Of a stretch of 55,514 nucleotides of DNA, positions 23,376 to 37,495 are shown in pieces. The notes under the pieces are model-generated. The model saw only the letters and a program-made list of their open reading frames with translations. It was not told the origin of the DNA and did not search any database. The translations under genes were made by a program, and so were the position numbers. The stretch lies in assembly GCF_001194135.2 (NCBI RefSeq), contig NC_068982.1:58256672-58312185 (forward strand), written 5' to 3'. Position 1 is the first letter of the stretch. Every line of letters starts with the position of its first letter. The stretch is from Octopus bimaculoides. Lineage: Eukaryota.

Positions 23376-23676
23376 TTCTCTATCCTTGCTTTATACCTCC
23401 TCAACTCCTACCATTTTCCCCTCTCTTCCCAACCTCATTCATTAAACCTCATCAAAAGTGTCTCACTGTTTACTCCCCTGGTTCAAGAATTCCCGGCTAA
23501 CTGGCTTACTTTCTTATAGTCCATACTGTCAGTCTTTGGAAACATCCTGAACTGTTGAACTGGGCATGCCCAGACAATTGGACAGATTTACACTTATGGT
23601 GTGTCATTTTAATGACATTGAATATTCATTTATTTTTCGATAATGACATTTTTTAAAACATATAAAACAATATTTG

Positions 23677-23767
<91 letters not shown>

Positions 23768-24086
23768 GTGTGTGTTTGTGAGTGTGTGTTTGTATATATA
23801 TATATATAAACACACTCAATTCAGAAGCATCGTGTCAGGTGATGTAATAAGAGGCATCTCATTAAATGAACTTTGTTTCACTCAAATTTAATACAGCATG
23901 TTGTTAGTGACAGTAGGTATATGTCATTGGGTAGGAATCAATGTACACAGGAATTCCTGAGGTAGATCCAGTGACAATCGTGTAATTACTGAGGATGATG
24001 TCAGGTAGCCATAGGCAGTGTACATGCTTTGTCAGTGTACTACTAGGAACATACCTAACACTTAAAAATATATATATGTGTGTGTG

Positions 24087-24161
<75 letters not shown>

Positions 24162-24164
24162 GTG

Positions 24165-24410
24165 TGTGTGTATCTTTTGCCTTCTACCTTTTACATGCTG
24201 GGGTACCACTATGGAGAATTTTAGTCGCCTGAATCAACCTCAGTACTTATTTTTTTTTAAAGCTCAATAGTTATTCTATTGATCTCTTTTCAAACCGCTA
24301 AGTTACAGGGGCATAAACATACCTGGACTGGCGGCCGAGTGTTGGTGGGGAACAAACAAACAAACAAACACACACACACACACACACACACAACAGGCTT
24401 CTCTCAGTTT
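24165..24410 (-). mobile_element. SINE family B, 3' part
   Basis: Family B tail and core through the internal (CA)n. Confidence 0.7.
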
Positions 24411-24929
24411 TCTGCTATGTTTATGATGTGGCTGTGTATTCATTTGAATGTTTTGATGAGTATTTTTGCGTACATGCATATCGGAGCATCTGCATGTGTA
24501 TGATGATGTGTCTTTGTGTTCGGTCGAAGTGTTTAATGCATGTGTGTGCAAGAGTCTATGTATTAAATGTTTCATGTTTATAAGCGAGTATGAATTTCCA
24601 AGGGTGCCTGTGTGCCTGCAGGGATATAATCATGTCTGTTGGGATGACAAGGCAGTAGTCATGTGAATTTATTAAAGAAAAGATTATTTCCATTGTGGAT
24701 TTTTAAAAATGAAATATATTAGTGGGTGTGGGGGATGTTCTGGTTTATTGAATTAATGCATATTCATTTGTTTTGGAAAGACACAAGAGATTTCTGTGTA
24801 TAAGAGGTCACTCTAACATTATTACTAATTTGGGACAAAATAATCTTTTGAGAGAAAAGAGAAAATGAAAAGGAAATGTATTAATTAGGATTTCATATCA
24901 CCCCTATGGGATCTTGTTATATGTTTTAA

Positions 24930-25500
24930 GTACATACCTACACATGGAAGGGCAAGACATGATTAATTCTGTGGGCTTAATCAATATTTTGGTTTGATGT
25001 TTCAGTATTGATAGCTTTTCCATGCTACAAAGGATATGAAAAGCATTTGATCGTGTCTAGCTTCAAGCTTTGTTTACGAGTCAGCATTTAATGAAAGGGT
25101 GTATATTGAAAGAAAACAAACAAAAACAAAATATGTGTTGATAGTTTTGTGCCCAATGTCTTTGCAATGTTCTAAATAAGTAATTATGTTGATAGAGTGT
25201 GTCCTTAAATTTGTTAACAATGCATGCTGCTTGAGTTAATGTTAGATATGACAGTGGTTGTATACATGGTTGAGTTTTTCCCAGGCAATTTCCCTTTACA
25301 GTGCATATACTTTGAGACTGGAGGTTGAATATATGGTTTTATTAGTTGTATTGTGGTCAAGATTCTTAATTATGTTATTATTATTGAAGGCTAGGTTAAA
25401 GTTATTGGTGAAAATTGTTTCTGTTGAGTAGCTCATCTTCAGCAAGCTTGGTGTAAAGATTTCCCTATACTGAAGTGAAAATGAATTCTCACTATTCATG
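24930..25500 (-). mobile_element. Decayed Penelope-like element, GIY-YIG endonuclease region
   Basis: Frameshifted minus-strand pieces ICTVKGNCLGK, MYTTTV, NKFKD.LYQHNY.F, TKLSTHI, LCSMEKLSILK and LIKPTELIMSC follow the motif order of Penelope endonuclease C-termini. Confidence 0.55.
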
Positions 25501-25779
25501 TGTTTACATTTATTGAATATGGTGGATTATAACACATTTTAGTTTTTCCTTCCACATACTAAGTTCTTTGTGGTTACCTATCTATGCTGCTAACCTAATT
25601 CTGATAGCTGAATTAGTCAAAATATTAGACATTAAATAAATCCATATGTGGAAGCAAAGACAAGAACCAGGAATCTTCTTTTTGGAACAAGATATTTGGA
25701 AAATAACGAATCTCTTCCCCACTGCCTTTACTGCTTTTCAACTTAAAATGAACCTGAAGAAAAACTAAAGTGATGTTTA

Positions 25780-25960
25780 CACAAGTTTAAGGAGAGATGT
25801 ATGTGGAAGTAGATATACTTGTCCAAGGAACCAAGCTTGATGTAGTGGATTCTCTTGTATATCATGGCAGCTTTGTCTCCAAAGATAGACTCCTAAATTC
25901 TGAATCAACTCAAAGGTTGAAAATATTTCATTTTGTTTTGGAATACCTAAGAAACTGCCC
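25780..25960 (+). mobile_element. Decayed RTE-type RT fragment
   Basis: ILVQGTKLDVVDSLVYHGSFVSKD resembles the RTE motif 'LEVVDSFVYLGS.LS.D'. Confidence 0.5.
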
Positions 25961-27574
25961 TCCAAGCTTTGCATCCACAATCCTTGTGTCATGAAATCCC
26001 TACTACACTCATCCAAGAAATGGAATCTGGTTCAATAATGTGTCAGAATTCTTGAGAAATTTCATCAAAAGTGTCTAATCATAAATTGAATGTTAGTTGA
26101 TACAAAAGTGCAAAAAATAGTTGACTGTTTCAGTGTGGATGCTTGCCTCATTAGCTTTTTATATAAGAATGTCTGATTCGCCATCTGTCTTGATGATTTC
26201 AGGCTGCTGAAGTAATTTCTTCATAGAGAATTAGTTCTTTGCAGGTGTTTTGAGTACAAACAAAATGAGATATCTCATGACACTGAAAAAGCAATCTTGT
26301 CCTTGGACATTAGCACTGGTTCATTGCGAACATCTTGCACAGAACAGAAGTAAATGAAGGTCTATAACTAGAGAGAATAACCTGCAGCATGAAAAAATTA
26401 GAATTGTCTATCAAATGGTATAAAGTATATCCAAAAACTGCAGGATATTTTGCATGGTTGAGGGTCCCAAGGTAATCTTTCCTGCACAATCTATGGTCAC
26501 ACAATACTTTCAAAAAGTGGACTTGATATTGATGAAAGGCCTCATATCTGGACCCAACATGGAATGCTTATATGCATACAGCCCCAATGGCCTCAGCAGA
26601 GAAATGGTGGTCTTGTTGTCCAATGGTGTATTCATCTACTGTTGGGCTAAATATCTACTTTTCAAAAGAGCTGAGTTGCTGTTGATATGAATCCTGACAC
26701 AATTACCCTTTTTACATTTGTCACAAAACATTAAATAAAATCAAGACCAGATAATCCATGTGTCAGCTCATGACAGAAGTAATATCAAACCTGTTTACAT
26801 ACATGTATTTGTGTTAAGGAAGTGGCTTTCCTTGAAATCGAATTGGTGTCCACAGTGTGAGCGTGTGTGTGTGTATGTGCATGCATGCATGCACATGTGT
26901 ATCTATTGTCAGATTCTGTGATTCTTTTATTCTAGTACTATCCTTGAAGACTAAAATTGTGGAGGAGGAATGCTAAGCAGTGATAAGTAAAACTGCAATG
27001 TTGTTATCAGTCCGAATATCCTTGATGCATGTTTGAACTGGGGAACAAGTTACTCACTGCATTTTGTCATGGAGAATATATCGTGCTTGTTGACAAATGG
27101 TGTATATTCACCTAGATCAGCTTGCAGTACCCTCTACCTAGACTGTGAGACACTAGCATTTTGGAGTAGTTATCTCTTCATCGGTCACAAACAGGCAGAC
27201 GATGCTAAGAGATGAATTAAGAGATGACCTCTCTTATGCTTTTCCACTCATTATATGATGACAGGCAGCATTATATGGTGGCTCACCATAACTAAATTAT
27301 GGAGGGGGTGCACTAAGCAGTGATAAGTAAAACTGCAATTTTATTATGAGTCTAAAATACACAATATTTGTAAGAGCTTATTTAGAGCAGAAATTTAGAT
27401 GTTTCCTAATTTCCCCATAAATTCTACAGCTGTTTCAATAATTAAAATATGAACATAATTTTCTTTGTAATTTATAAATATATAAAAATATACACTTCAA
27501 ATGTGATGGACAAGCCATCTCATCAGGAAATAAAGCTGAAATATGAGATTCAAAACACTGTTGCTGTTTTATAT

Positions 27575-27625
<51 letters not shown>

Positions 27626-28283
27626 ATAAGCAAGACAAGATGATGAAAAATATTTATCTCACTTGTGACTATTGCATTGTAATAATATACTGGAGTTTAA
27701 CCATATGTTAAACTTGTCTTAAATTCATTAGACATATTTTTAGTGTTTAAACACTAAATCAATTTATCAAATTAAGAGCTTATTTATAAATTTTGCCTTG
27801 AGAAACTGTGGAAAATTTTCTTGTATCATTTTTGTACTGAACAATATTTTAAACGAGTAAACATTAGCACAATAGTGGATAGTTAAAAATATAATGAGTA
27901 TTTCACTTTATTCACCAAAACATTCATTTATATGTTTATGATGATTATTACACATCTATCTACATTTATAATGTTAGTGCCAGTATTTGAACTCACGAGT
28001 GTTTGTGGCTTATGTGGTTTCTGCATTTTACTGTGTTAATGTTTGAATTAGTGTGGGTTTGCAAGGATTAGTGTGCAGACACATTGTATATAAAAATCAG
28101 TCTCTCTATCTGTGTGTGTGTCTGATTTAACAATCTATCTACATACTATCTGTTTGCTTATCTATCTATCTATCTATCTATCTGTCTGTCTTTCTCTATC
28201 TATCTATCTATCTATTTATCTACATACTATCTGCCTCTCTCTCTCTATATATATATCTATCTATCTATCTACATACTATCTGC

Positions 28284-28315
<32 letters not shown>

Positions 28316-28459
28316 TTATTTATCTATCTATCTATCTACTATCTGTCTGTCTGTCTGTCTGTCTCTCTCTGTGTCTCTCTCTCTGTGTCTCTTTGTGTGT
28401 TTCTCTCTCTCTGTCTCTCACTCACTATCTATCTATCTACCTGCACATAGGTGTTTATG

Positions 28460-28670
28460 TCAGCCCTGCAGTATGGCCTAATAGTTAGAGTGTTGAGCCC
28501 AAGACCACTGGGCTACCGACTTGATTCATGGATGGGGTGAGTGTAGTGTACTTGAGCAAGTCATTTCATATTGCTCCAATCTGCTCATCAGCTGAAAATT
28601 AAGAACAGCAGCAGCAGCTGGAGGCTAACCTTGCGAAATGCTGCCACCCTGGTCAGTTGAAAGCACACGC
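28460..28670 (+). mobile_element. Old tRNA-derived SINE-like relic
   Basis: A-box-like 'tatggcctaatagttagag' and core 'cttgagcaagtcatttcatattgctccaatc..ctcatcagctg', similar to the reverse of 32820-32970. Confidence 0.4.
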
Positions 28671-29551
28671 TCTGAGTTGCTTAAATGCTGAAGAAACTGC
28701 GGAAAAGCTTCAGCTTAATGAACTTGATTGCTCATTACATGTACATACATGTATATAGACATGCATAAATGTGTGTGCATGTGCATATGTGTGTGTGTGC
28801 ATGCATGTGTCTTTCATATACAAACATACATACATATACCCAGGTGCATATATGCACACATACATGCACATAGATATAACTATATATAAATGCACCTCTC
28901 TATATATATACCTATACATTTGTATATATATACATAAGTATATGTGTACATACATATTTATGTATATACAGATGCCCGCATACACACACACATATACACA
29001 CATGGATGCAAATATATATGTAGACACATATGATATCTAATGTCTAAGTCTGTGTATATGCCTACTTCCATGGTGTTATTTCTGTATATCTAAATGTATT
29101 AAATTATGTCCACTTATCTATGTTTCAGTAACCCTATAGACATACACCAGTACATACTGGTGGTGTTAAGAAGATTTTGGAATAGCATTACAGGGGCTGG
29201 ATGACAGCTCTAAACATCTGTGGCTTATCTCTAGATTTCAGAGAAAAACATGGCATGGTGTTTCAAAAACAACATATCTACCCCCACTGGTATTTCTGTT
29301 TTATCATTATTATTATTATTATTATTATTGTTTGTTTGTTTTTTGTTACTTTTTTTTTGTTCTTTTATCAAAGCATCTCAGTACTTCCATCACACCTTAA
29401 ACAAAAACGAACTGATCCCTCTTGGGGTAAGCCTAACGTGGGAGAGAAAAATTTTAAGAAAAGTCACCAAAAAGAAAAAAAAAAATGGGGAAAAAAATGA
29501 AAAGAGCAATGAGACATTAGTTCAGGGTGGAGGGTAGGACCGTAGAGGGAG

Positions 29552-29632
<81 letters not shown>

Positions 29633-30856
29633 GGTAGTGTTGGTGGTTCTGGAAGGAATGATTTTGAAATAAAACCTGAAGATATATAACTAGTAATTGA
29701 CAAACCAACTTTTCAGATCTCTGATGACATCAAAGGAGGAATTTTGAACTTGAAAGAGAATTACAGCATATAAACAACAGCAGGAACAACAACAACAATA
29801 GTAGAAATAGCATCAACAACAACACTAGTAACGAACCAATAAGTATGCCCTACTTAGTCACTTGAACTGCAAGAAAAGGAAGCCAAATTTCCCTCCAAAT
29901 ACATCATATGAGATTTTGATAAAACAAAAAATGAAAATGAAGGAGATTAAATAATGTAGTTCTAGATACACCTAAGATAGAGTAAAACGGGATGGCCACA
30001 GATGGAATAATTTTGATCATAGGTCTGCATCATCAGAAATGTCTTGGAGTTAAACATGAGCACTACTAGTACCTTTGCTTGATGAGCGGCAGTAATGATT
30101 TCATAAAAGGCAACAGTTTGGTTCCTGGGTTTCAGTGTAGCCAGAAAATAAGAGCAAGAATTGATGCCGAAAGATCAATCATGATGTCGCTCAATATAAA
30201 GAGACTGCTTTCTCAGAAAAAAAGCATGAATCTGGAACTATAAAAATCCATGGTCGACTCCTTGGCATTGCATGGATGGGAAAATGAACCTGAAGCATGA
30301 CTGATATTAAGCTTTTTCAGTTTCCATCTACTAAATCCACTCACAAGGTTTTGATCAGCCTGAGATTATAGTAGAAGACACTTGCCCAGCATGCTACACA
30401 GTGGGACTGAACCAAGAACCATGTGGTTGAGAAACAAACATCCTACCACACAGCCAAGCCTGCACCTGTACATATATGGATGAAATCTTTTAACAAATGT
30501 CAAAGCAGAAAATTACTTTCTGGAAAAGTAAATAATAACAATATTTATTAACTTTGGATGTATTTAAAGAGTTTATGAACTAACCAGTGGACATGTTTCA
30601 CCTTTCAAAAGTCTTTTCAGTTCTGTTGAATTAAATGAAAGTTAAGTTTGTATCAGTCATCATTGTTTTAACATCCACTTTTCTAAAGTGGATGCAAAAA
30701 AGCATGTGGAAACCAAAGATGAAGAAGTGATGATGTCAAGGAATGGCTATGGACGAGCCAAGCAGAATTATGGCTGCAGCATGAGATTGCAGTGTGTGGT
30801 GAGGAGTCCTTGTACTGACTGAGATCCCTGACTCTCATTGGTGAAGATAGGTATAT

Positions 30857-30896
<40 letters not shown>

Positions 30897-31074
30897 NNNN
30901 NNNNNNNNNNNNNNNNNNNNNNNNNNNNNNNNNNNNNNNNNNNNNNNNNNNNNNNNNNNNNNNNNNNNNNNNNNNNNNNNNNNNNNNNNNNNNNNNNNNN
31001 NNNNNNNNNNNNNNNNNNNNNNNNNNNNNNNNNNNNNNNNNNNNNNNNNNNNNNNNNTATATATATATATATAT

Positions 31075-31470
31075 ATATTCTTTTATATGCCTCAGTCATT
31101 TGACTGCAGTCATGCTGGAGCACTGCCTATAGTTGAGCAAATTGACCCCAGAACTTATTCTTTGTAAGCCTAGTACTTATTCTATTGGGCTCTTTTGCTG
31201 AACTGTTAAGTTATGGGGACGTAAATACACCAGCATTGGTTGTCAAGTGATGGGGAGGGGGGACAAACACAGACACACGAACACACACATACACACAGAC
31301 ACATGCACAACGGGTTTCTTTCAGTTTCCATCTACCAAATCCACCCACAAGGCTTTGGTCAGTGCGAGGCCATAGTAGAAGACACTTGTCCAAGGTGTCA
31401 TGCAGTGGGACTGAACCCAGAACCATGTGGTTAGTAAATAAGCTACTTACCACACAACCACTCCTGCACC
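31075..31470 (-). mobile_element. SINE family B
   Basis: Full body, tail to head 'ccacacaaccactcctgcac'. Confidence 0.8.
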
Positions 31471-31829
31471 TATATATATATATATGTATATATATAAAAC
31501 AACAATAGAGTTCTTTATATGGTAGGTACATATATTGGCCATATGATTTATAAATTCCACACATATATCGTCATCTGTACATGCATATATACATATATAC
31601 AAACATACAATAATACTCCATGTGGATTGTTGGCTATTTTTTCCCTCCGTCTTCTTTTTCTCTTGGACTTTCCTCTCTGTCTCCTGTTTCTGAAGAAGAG
31701 CTTTGCTCAAAATGTAAAACTAACTTTCTTTCCTTCCCTGAGCATCTGTTAATACTTTGCATGTACCATGTCCTTGCGTTGTTGTTTTTCTCTTCTGTTT
31801 TTTTTTTCATTTTTTTAATAAACTATATA

Positions 31830-31874
<45 letters not shown>

Positions 31875-32111
31875 ATATNNNNNNNNNNNNNNNNNNNNNN
31901 NNNNNNNNNNNNNNNNNNNNNNNNNNNNNNNNNNNNNNNNNNNNNNNNNNNNNNNNNNNNNNNNNNNNNNNNNNNNNNNNNNNNNNNNNNNNNNNNNNNN
32001 NNNNNNNNNNNNNNNNNNNNNNNNNNGGACAAAATCCAAAATTACAGGTAAAAAACTCAATTAAAATCAATTTATAAAAAATTAAAATTAAATTGAGCCT
32101 TATAGATAAAG

Positions 32112-32331
32112 TATATATAAAATATATAGTTTTAAGGAAAATAACCAATTTTCAAGAACTCATCGATGAAAATCCACTATCACATATAGAAAAATTAATA
32201 ATTAAAAGCACAATAAATGAGTATAATATAAAGTAAAGTAAATATCATAAGATAAATATAATAAATATAATAATCATCGATGAGTTCTTGAAAATTGGTT
32301 ATTTTCCCTAAAACTATATATTTTATATATA
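32112..32331. repeat. 58-bp inverted repeat with 104-bp spacer
   Basis: 32112-32169 and the reverse complement of 32274-32331 differ at one position. Confidence 0.85.
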
Positions 32332-32649
32332 TATATATATATATATGAGCCTGTGTATGTATGCCCTCCCATCATCACTTGACCACTGGTATTGGTGTGT
32401 TTACTCACTGTCACTTACTGGTTTGGCAAAAGAGACCAATAGAATACGTACTAGGCTTAAAAAATATGTCCTGGAGTTGGTTTGTTTGACTAAAACCCTT
32501 GAAGGTGGTACTCCAGCATGGCCGCAGTCAAATGACAAACAAGTAAAAGAATGGAAGAATATATCTTATATACACAGAAGACCATAGTTCAAATTAAGAC
32601 TCTGTACACATGTTGGATTGAGTGAATAGGTTTATTAGAAGCCAAAAGT

Positions 32650-32972
32650 CTTATGAATGACCACGGGATTGCACCCTAGAAAGTTCCTCTCCTCGGCACA
32701 AGTCTGGGCAAGTTTGCTTATGGAAGACCACCAGTTGTCTATGCATACTGCCCTCCTATCTCCTTGCCACCGATGTTATTCAAGGGAAAGGCAAAGGCCA
32801 GTACAGCCTGGCACTAGTGATGTTGCAACTTATTTCTTCATCTGAATGAACTAGAGTAACATGAAATGAAGTGTCTTTCTCAAGAACACAACACACTGCC
32901 CTTCCTGGGAATTGAACTCACTATCTCACGATTCTGAGCCTGATGCTCTAACCACTGAGCCATGTGCCTTTG
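32650..32972 (-). mobile_element. tRNA-derived SINE (family E)
   Basis: Minus-strand head 'aaaggcacatggctcagtggttagagcatcagg...gtgagttcaattcccagg' contains A and B boxes. Confidence 0.7.
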
Positions 32973-33326
32973 CATACATATAGTTATCATAGTGTACTCA
33001 TATATATAGTTGACACGTTCAATTATCCAACTTACACTTGGTTGCTGGTTATGCAGGGTATCACATATATATAGCTCTGTGTGTGTATCTGTGCGAATGC
33101 ATGAGTGCGTTTAATTTTGGTATCGGGTGGTTAGTTTTGGCTAATGTAGAGATTTTGGGTTTATTTTTGGTTCCAGTGTTTGTTGTTTTGTGTGTGTTGG
33201 AAGAAATAAAATGGAACCATAAATAAAAAGATAAATGAAAGCAAGATAAGAAGAAGCTATTGAGATTGGTATTATACAGTCCTTGAAGTCTAGTGTGATC
33301 ATGTGCACATATGCGTGTGTGTGTGT

Positions 33327-33379
<53 letters not shown>

Positions 33380-33619
33380 GTGTGTGCATGCACATCTGTG
33401 TGTGTTGTGTGCTAGATGTTAAGGTGTATGTGTATTGGTAGTCAGACAACTCATTACTAGAGTGAATGCCTTTTATTGTGCATATCTGTGAGCCTTACAA
33501 GGTGTATATATGGGTATATCATTTGTTTTTCTGTATGTTAGGGTTTGTGAATATTTTACTGTAATTAATCAAACTTATACACTAAGATCTACTGAGTAAT
33601 TCACTCAGTCCAGTAAATT

Positions 33620-34385
33620 ACTTAGTATCTTTTATCTTTTAAATACTATTTTTTTGTAAATTATGGTACTTATTCTATTGGTCTTTTTTGTTAGACTGCT
33701 AAGTTATGGGGATGGAAACATGTCAATGCCAGTTGTCAAGTGGTAGTGGGAGACAAACATAGACACAAAAATACAGGCAAATATATATATAAATATCATC
33801 ATCATCATCATCATCGTTTAACATCTGCTTTCCATGCTAGCATGGGTTGGACGATTTGACTGAGGACTGGCAAACCAGATGGCTACACCAGGCTCCAATC
33901 TGATTTGGCAGAGTTTCTACAGCTGGATGCCCTTCCTAACGCCAACCACTCCAAGAGTGTAGTGGGTGCTTTTATGTGCCACCGGCATGAGGGCCAGACA
34001 CAAGGTACTGGCAATGGCCATGCTCAAAAAGGTGTTTTTTACGTGCCACCTGCACGGGAGCCAGTCCAGCGGCACTGGCAACGACCTCGCTCTAATGATT
34101 TTCTAATGTGCCACCAGCACAACTGCTAGAAGGCAACGCTGGTGCACCAGCATGACCGCAGCCACTTGGCTGAAACACATAAATAAATAAATATATATAT
34201 ATATATATATATGAATAATTGATAAGATTCTTTCAGTTTCTGTCTATCAAATTCACTTACAAAACTTTGATCAGCCCAAGTCTATAGTAGAAGACACTTG
34301 GCCAAGGTGCCATACAGTGGGACTGAATCCAGAACCATGTGGCTGGAAAGCAAATTTCTTACCACACTGTCACACCTGTGCCTTT
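33620..34385 (-). mobile_element. SINE family B interrupted by an RTE 3' fragment (33795-34140)
   Basis: SINE tail and core at 33620-33780, (CAT)n plus RTE 3'UTR at 33795-34140, SINE head half at 34225-34385. Confidence 0.75.
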
Positions 34386-35377
34386 ATATAAACCAGCACA
34401 CAGTAGTTATGAAAATAACTATAGAATAGATTGAAACAATCATAAAAGTTATGCAAAGCTGTCAAACATCACTGGAATTTTTATTCTTTTTCTTGAGCAA
34501 ATCATGACAGACACCCAGAGGATTTTGAAAGCAAAGTGAATAAGAGTGAATGAAGGGATTCTTCACTTTGACTAGCTTCCCACCAAGCCTCTTCTCACTG
34601 AACCACTCCTGGTTAAAGCCTCTTTACAGTGGGATATCAATTGAAGGATAGGTAATAAATTGCCTTGCTTATTCCTGCAGTTAGGTTCCTAATTATAGCT
34701 GTGAGGTAGTTAGAGTTCTTATAGCTACATGCCATTGCCTTTTCTTTGTTTTTTTTTTAAAGGAGTATTTTCTTAATATATAGTGTAATAGATAAGAAAT
34801 TAGATAACTTTAGATTTGTAGAGTTAGCAATATTTAAGCAAAACACATTGAATAAGTCATCAATTATTTTCTCATCCCATCCAAGATATAACCATTCATA
34901 CTGAATGAAATTGTCAATCCATCATCTCTGTAGATACCTGTGAGTAAGGAGTGTCATCATAATATTTGCTATACTTTGGAGTATTCATTCCCACTGTCTC
35001 TGTTCTGAGTTCAAATCTAACTGAGATGAACTTTGACTTTTATTGTTTTAGTGTTGATAAATAAACTATCAGTTCAGTACAGTAGTTTTTTTTTTTAATC
35101 TCCCTCTTCTTTATTTACCTTCTCTTTCTTTGTCCCTCTTTAAGCAAAAATTGATGGTCTTCAGATCTGGAGAGGGGATGGGCTCCAACAGATATAGAAC
35201 ACCCAGGCATGCATTATATCATTTCTGTTCTCCTTTGGCTCAACCAGAAGTTGAGGATCCAAGGAAGGATATTATATATACAACACACATATGCATGCAC
35301 AAGAATTATAGAGGAAATAAAAAAATATGTAAAGGGAGATGTAAAAGACAAAGTACAAGGATAAGAAGTATATATTG

Positions 35378-35461
<84 letters not shown>

Positions 35462-37111
35462 ATATGCTCATATATATGTATATGTGTGTGCATGCATGTA
35501 AGTGTGTATAAAGCAAATAGGAAGTGAATGTGGTTGAAGAAGAAACTGAAGAACATCGAAAATTAGAGAATATACAAGAAGAATGAAGAAAATAAGGTGA
35601 TAAAGGAGGAGATGATAATAATAATAAAAGTGTGTGAGTAAGAGAAAAGGGTGATTTTAGAAAAAGAGGATGAAGCAAGGAGGTGAATGCAACAAATCAA
35701 AGCAAGAAGAGAATAAAGAAGGCATGAAGTGCAAAGAGAATAATGAAGAGGAAGAGAGAGAGAATGCGGAGAAAGAGAGAGAAGAATGTTCAGAAACCAC
35801 AAGAAGCAAGAACAACAACAATGCATCAACAACAACAACTAGAATAGTAGGAAGAGATGTGATTGTAAAGATTAATGGATTTATGCAAGTTGGGTATATA
35901 ACACGTTTGTCCAGAACTGTTATTACCAGCACATTCTGCTCCATTTTGTTCGTATGTGGAAACCTTAAAGATATTAATTATACAAAATGTCTCAGTGAAA
36001 ATTTTCTACAAGACACAATACGGTATAATGAGTTTCTAGCACATGGAATTGGAGAGCAAACATTCATGAGTAGTTTTAAAAATTAGTGGCTTTCTAGTGG
36101 GTGTACATAATGAACTGTCATTTACGAAGAAAGAGGTGTTTTTCAAGTTGACATGAAAACAGGGGTAGTGAGAGAGTAAGGGAGAAAAATTGTTGAGAGA
36201 AAGAGAGAAAGAAAGAGAGAGAGAGAGGAAGGGAGAAAAAGAGAAAATGAAAGAGAGAAGGAAAGAGAGAAAGAGAGACAGAGGAAGGGAGAGCAAGAGA
36301 GAGAGAGGGAGAGGAATAGGGTGGAGACGGGGTAGTTTATATATATCTTCACTTTGAAATGAGTGATACATATTGAGGTTTGAAGATATAATTTTCTGTT
36401 GTTAAATCTAAGGAATTACTTGGATTTAAGTAAGAACCATTATATTTAAGCCAATGGAATACATTATACCTTTAATCACACATGGAATGAGATGATTCAC
36501 AGTGATTGAATATATTTGACACAAATGGAATATATTTAAACAGATTTATTACAGAAATGCAAGACATTAGAGGTGAAATGGTCAAGTAGATGAGTTATTA
36601 AATCATTGGTTCAAGGATTTTAGGTTCAAATCATACTCCAAGTACTACACTATGTCACAGAGTATAATGCAGTACTTAATTCTAAATGATTCAGCTTAAC
36701 AGAGGAATATTTGTCCAGTCTTCTGTGAAAACTGGCACCGCTGAATTACTGTTCCATAATCAAAAGCCTTCCAGCTGTGACCATCCCATCATGTTTATTT
36801 GGAGTATATTATCCAATGTTTTTTTTTCCACCTGCAGCAAGTCTAGAAATGGAGGTTTTCTAATCGTTACTATTCCCTGGGATTTAGAAATATATTATCT
36901 AATGTGTCCTTTTAAGGTGACAGGATGTGACTTGTGGAAGATTTGGCTGTTATTTTTAAGCAGGTCTAGCAAAAATGTAGAGGCTTCTTTGTAGGTATAA
37001 CCCCCAAAATATTTCTTTTAGAAGGGGAATTATCTCAAAAATGAACCACTGTTGAGATAGCATTAATGATTATTTAAATTCTACTTAACTTGGCTATGAC
37101 TGCTTGACTAT

Positions 37112-37495
37112 GTTGTTGGCACTCCATCGCTTATGACGTTGAGGGTTCCAGTTGATCTGATCAACGGAACAGCCTACTCGTGAAATTAACGTGCAAGTGG
37201 CTGACCACTCCACAGACACATGTACCCTTAATGTAGTTCTCGGGGATATTCAGCGTGACACAGTGTGACAAGGCTGACCCTTTGAATTGCAGGCGCAACA
37301 GAAACAAGAAGTAAGAGTGAGAGAAAGTTGTGGTGAAAGAGTACAGCAAGGTTCGCCACCATCCCCTGCTGGAGCCTCGTGGAGTTTTAGGTGTTTTCGC
37401 TCAATAAATACTCACAACGCCCGGTCTGGGAATCGATACCGCGATCCTATGACCACGAGTCCGCTGCCCTAACCACTGGGCCATTGCACCTCCAC
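37112..37495 (-). mobile_element. Full-length tRNA-derived SINE family D with 10-bp TSD
   Basis: Minus-strand head 'gtggaggtgcaatggcccagtggttaggg...ggtatcgattcccagacc' and (AAC)n tail. TSD gcttgactat at 37102-37111 and 37496-37505. Confidence 0.92.

Noticed and set aside
29130-29288. AG...GT-bounded candidate exon
   Set aside because: It has stops in all three frames and no supporting evidence.
35670-36086. 138-aa ORF, and a possible 37-nt minus-strand micro-exon
   Set aside because: The N-terminal half is purine repeat, there is no recognisable homology, and splice signals alone are insufficient.
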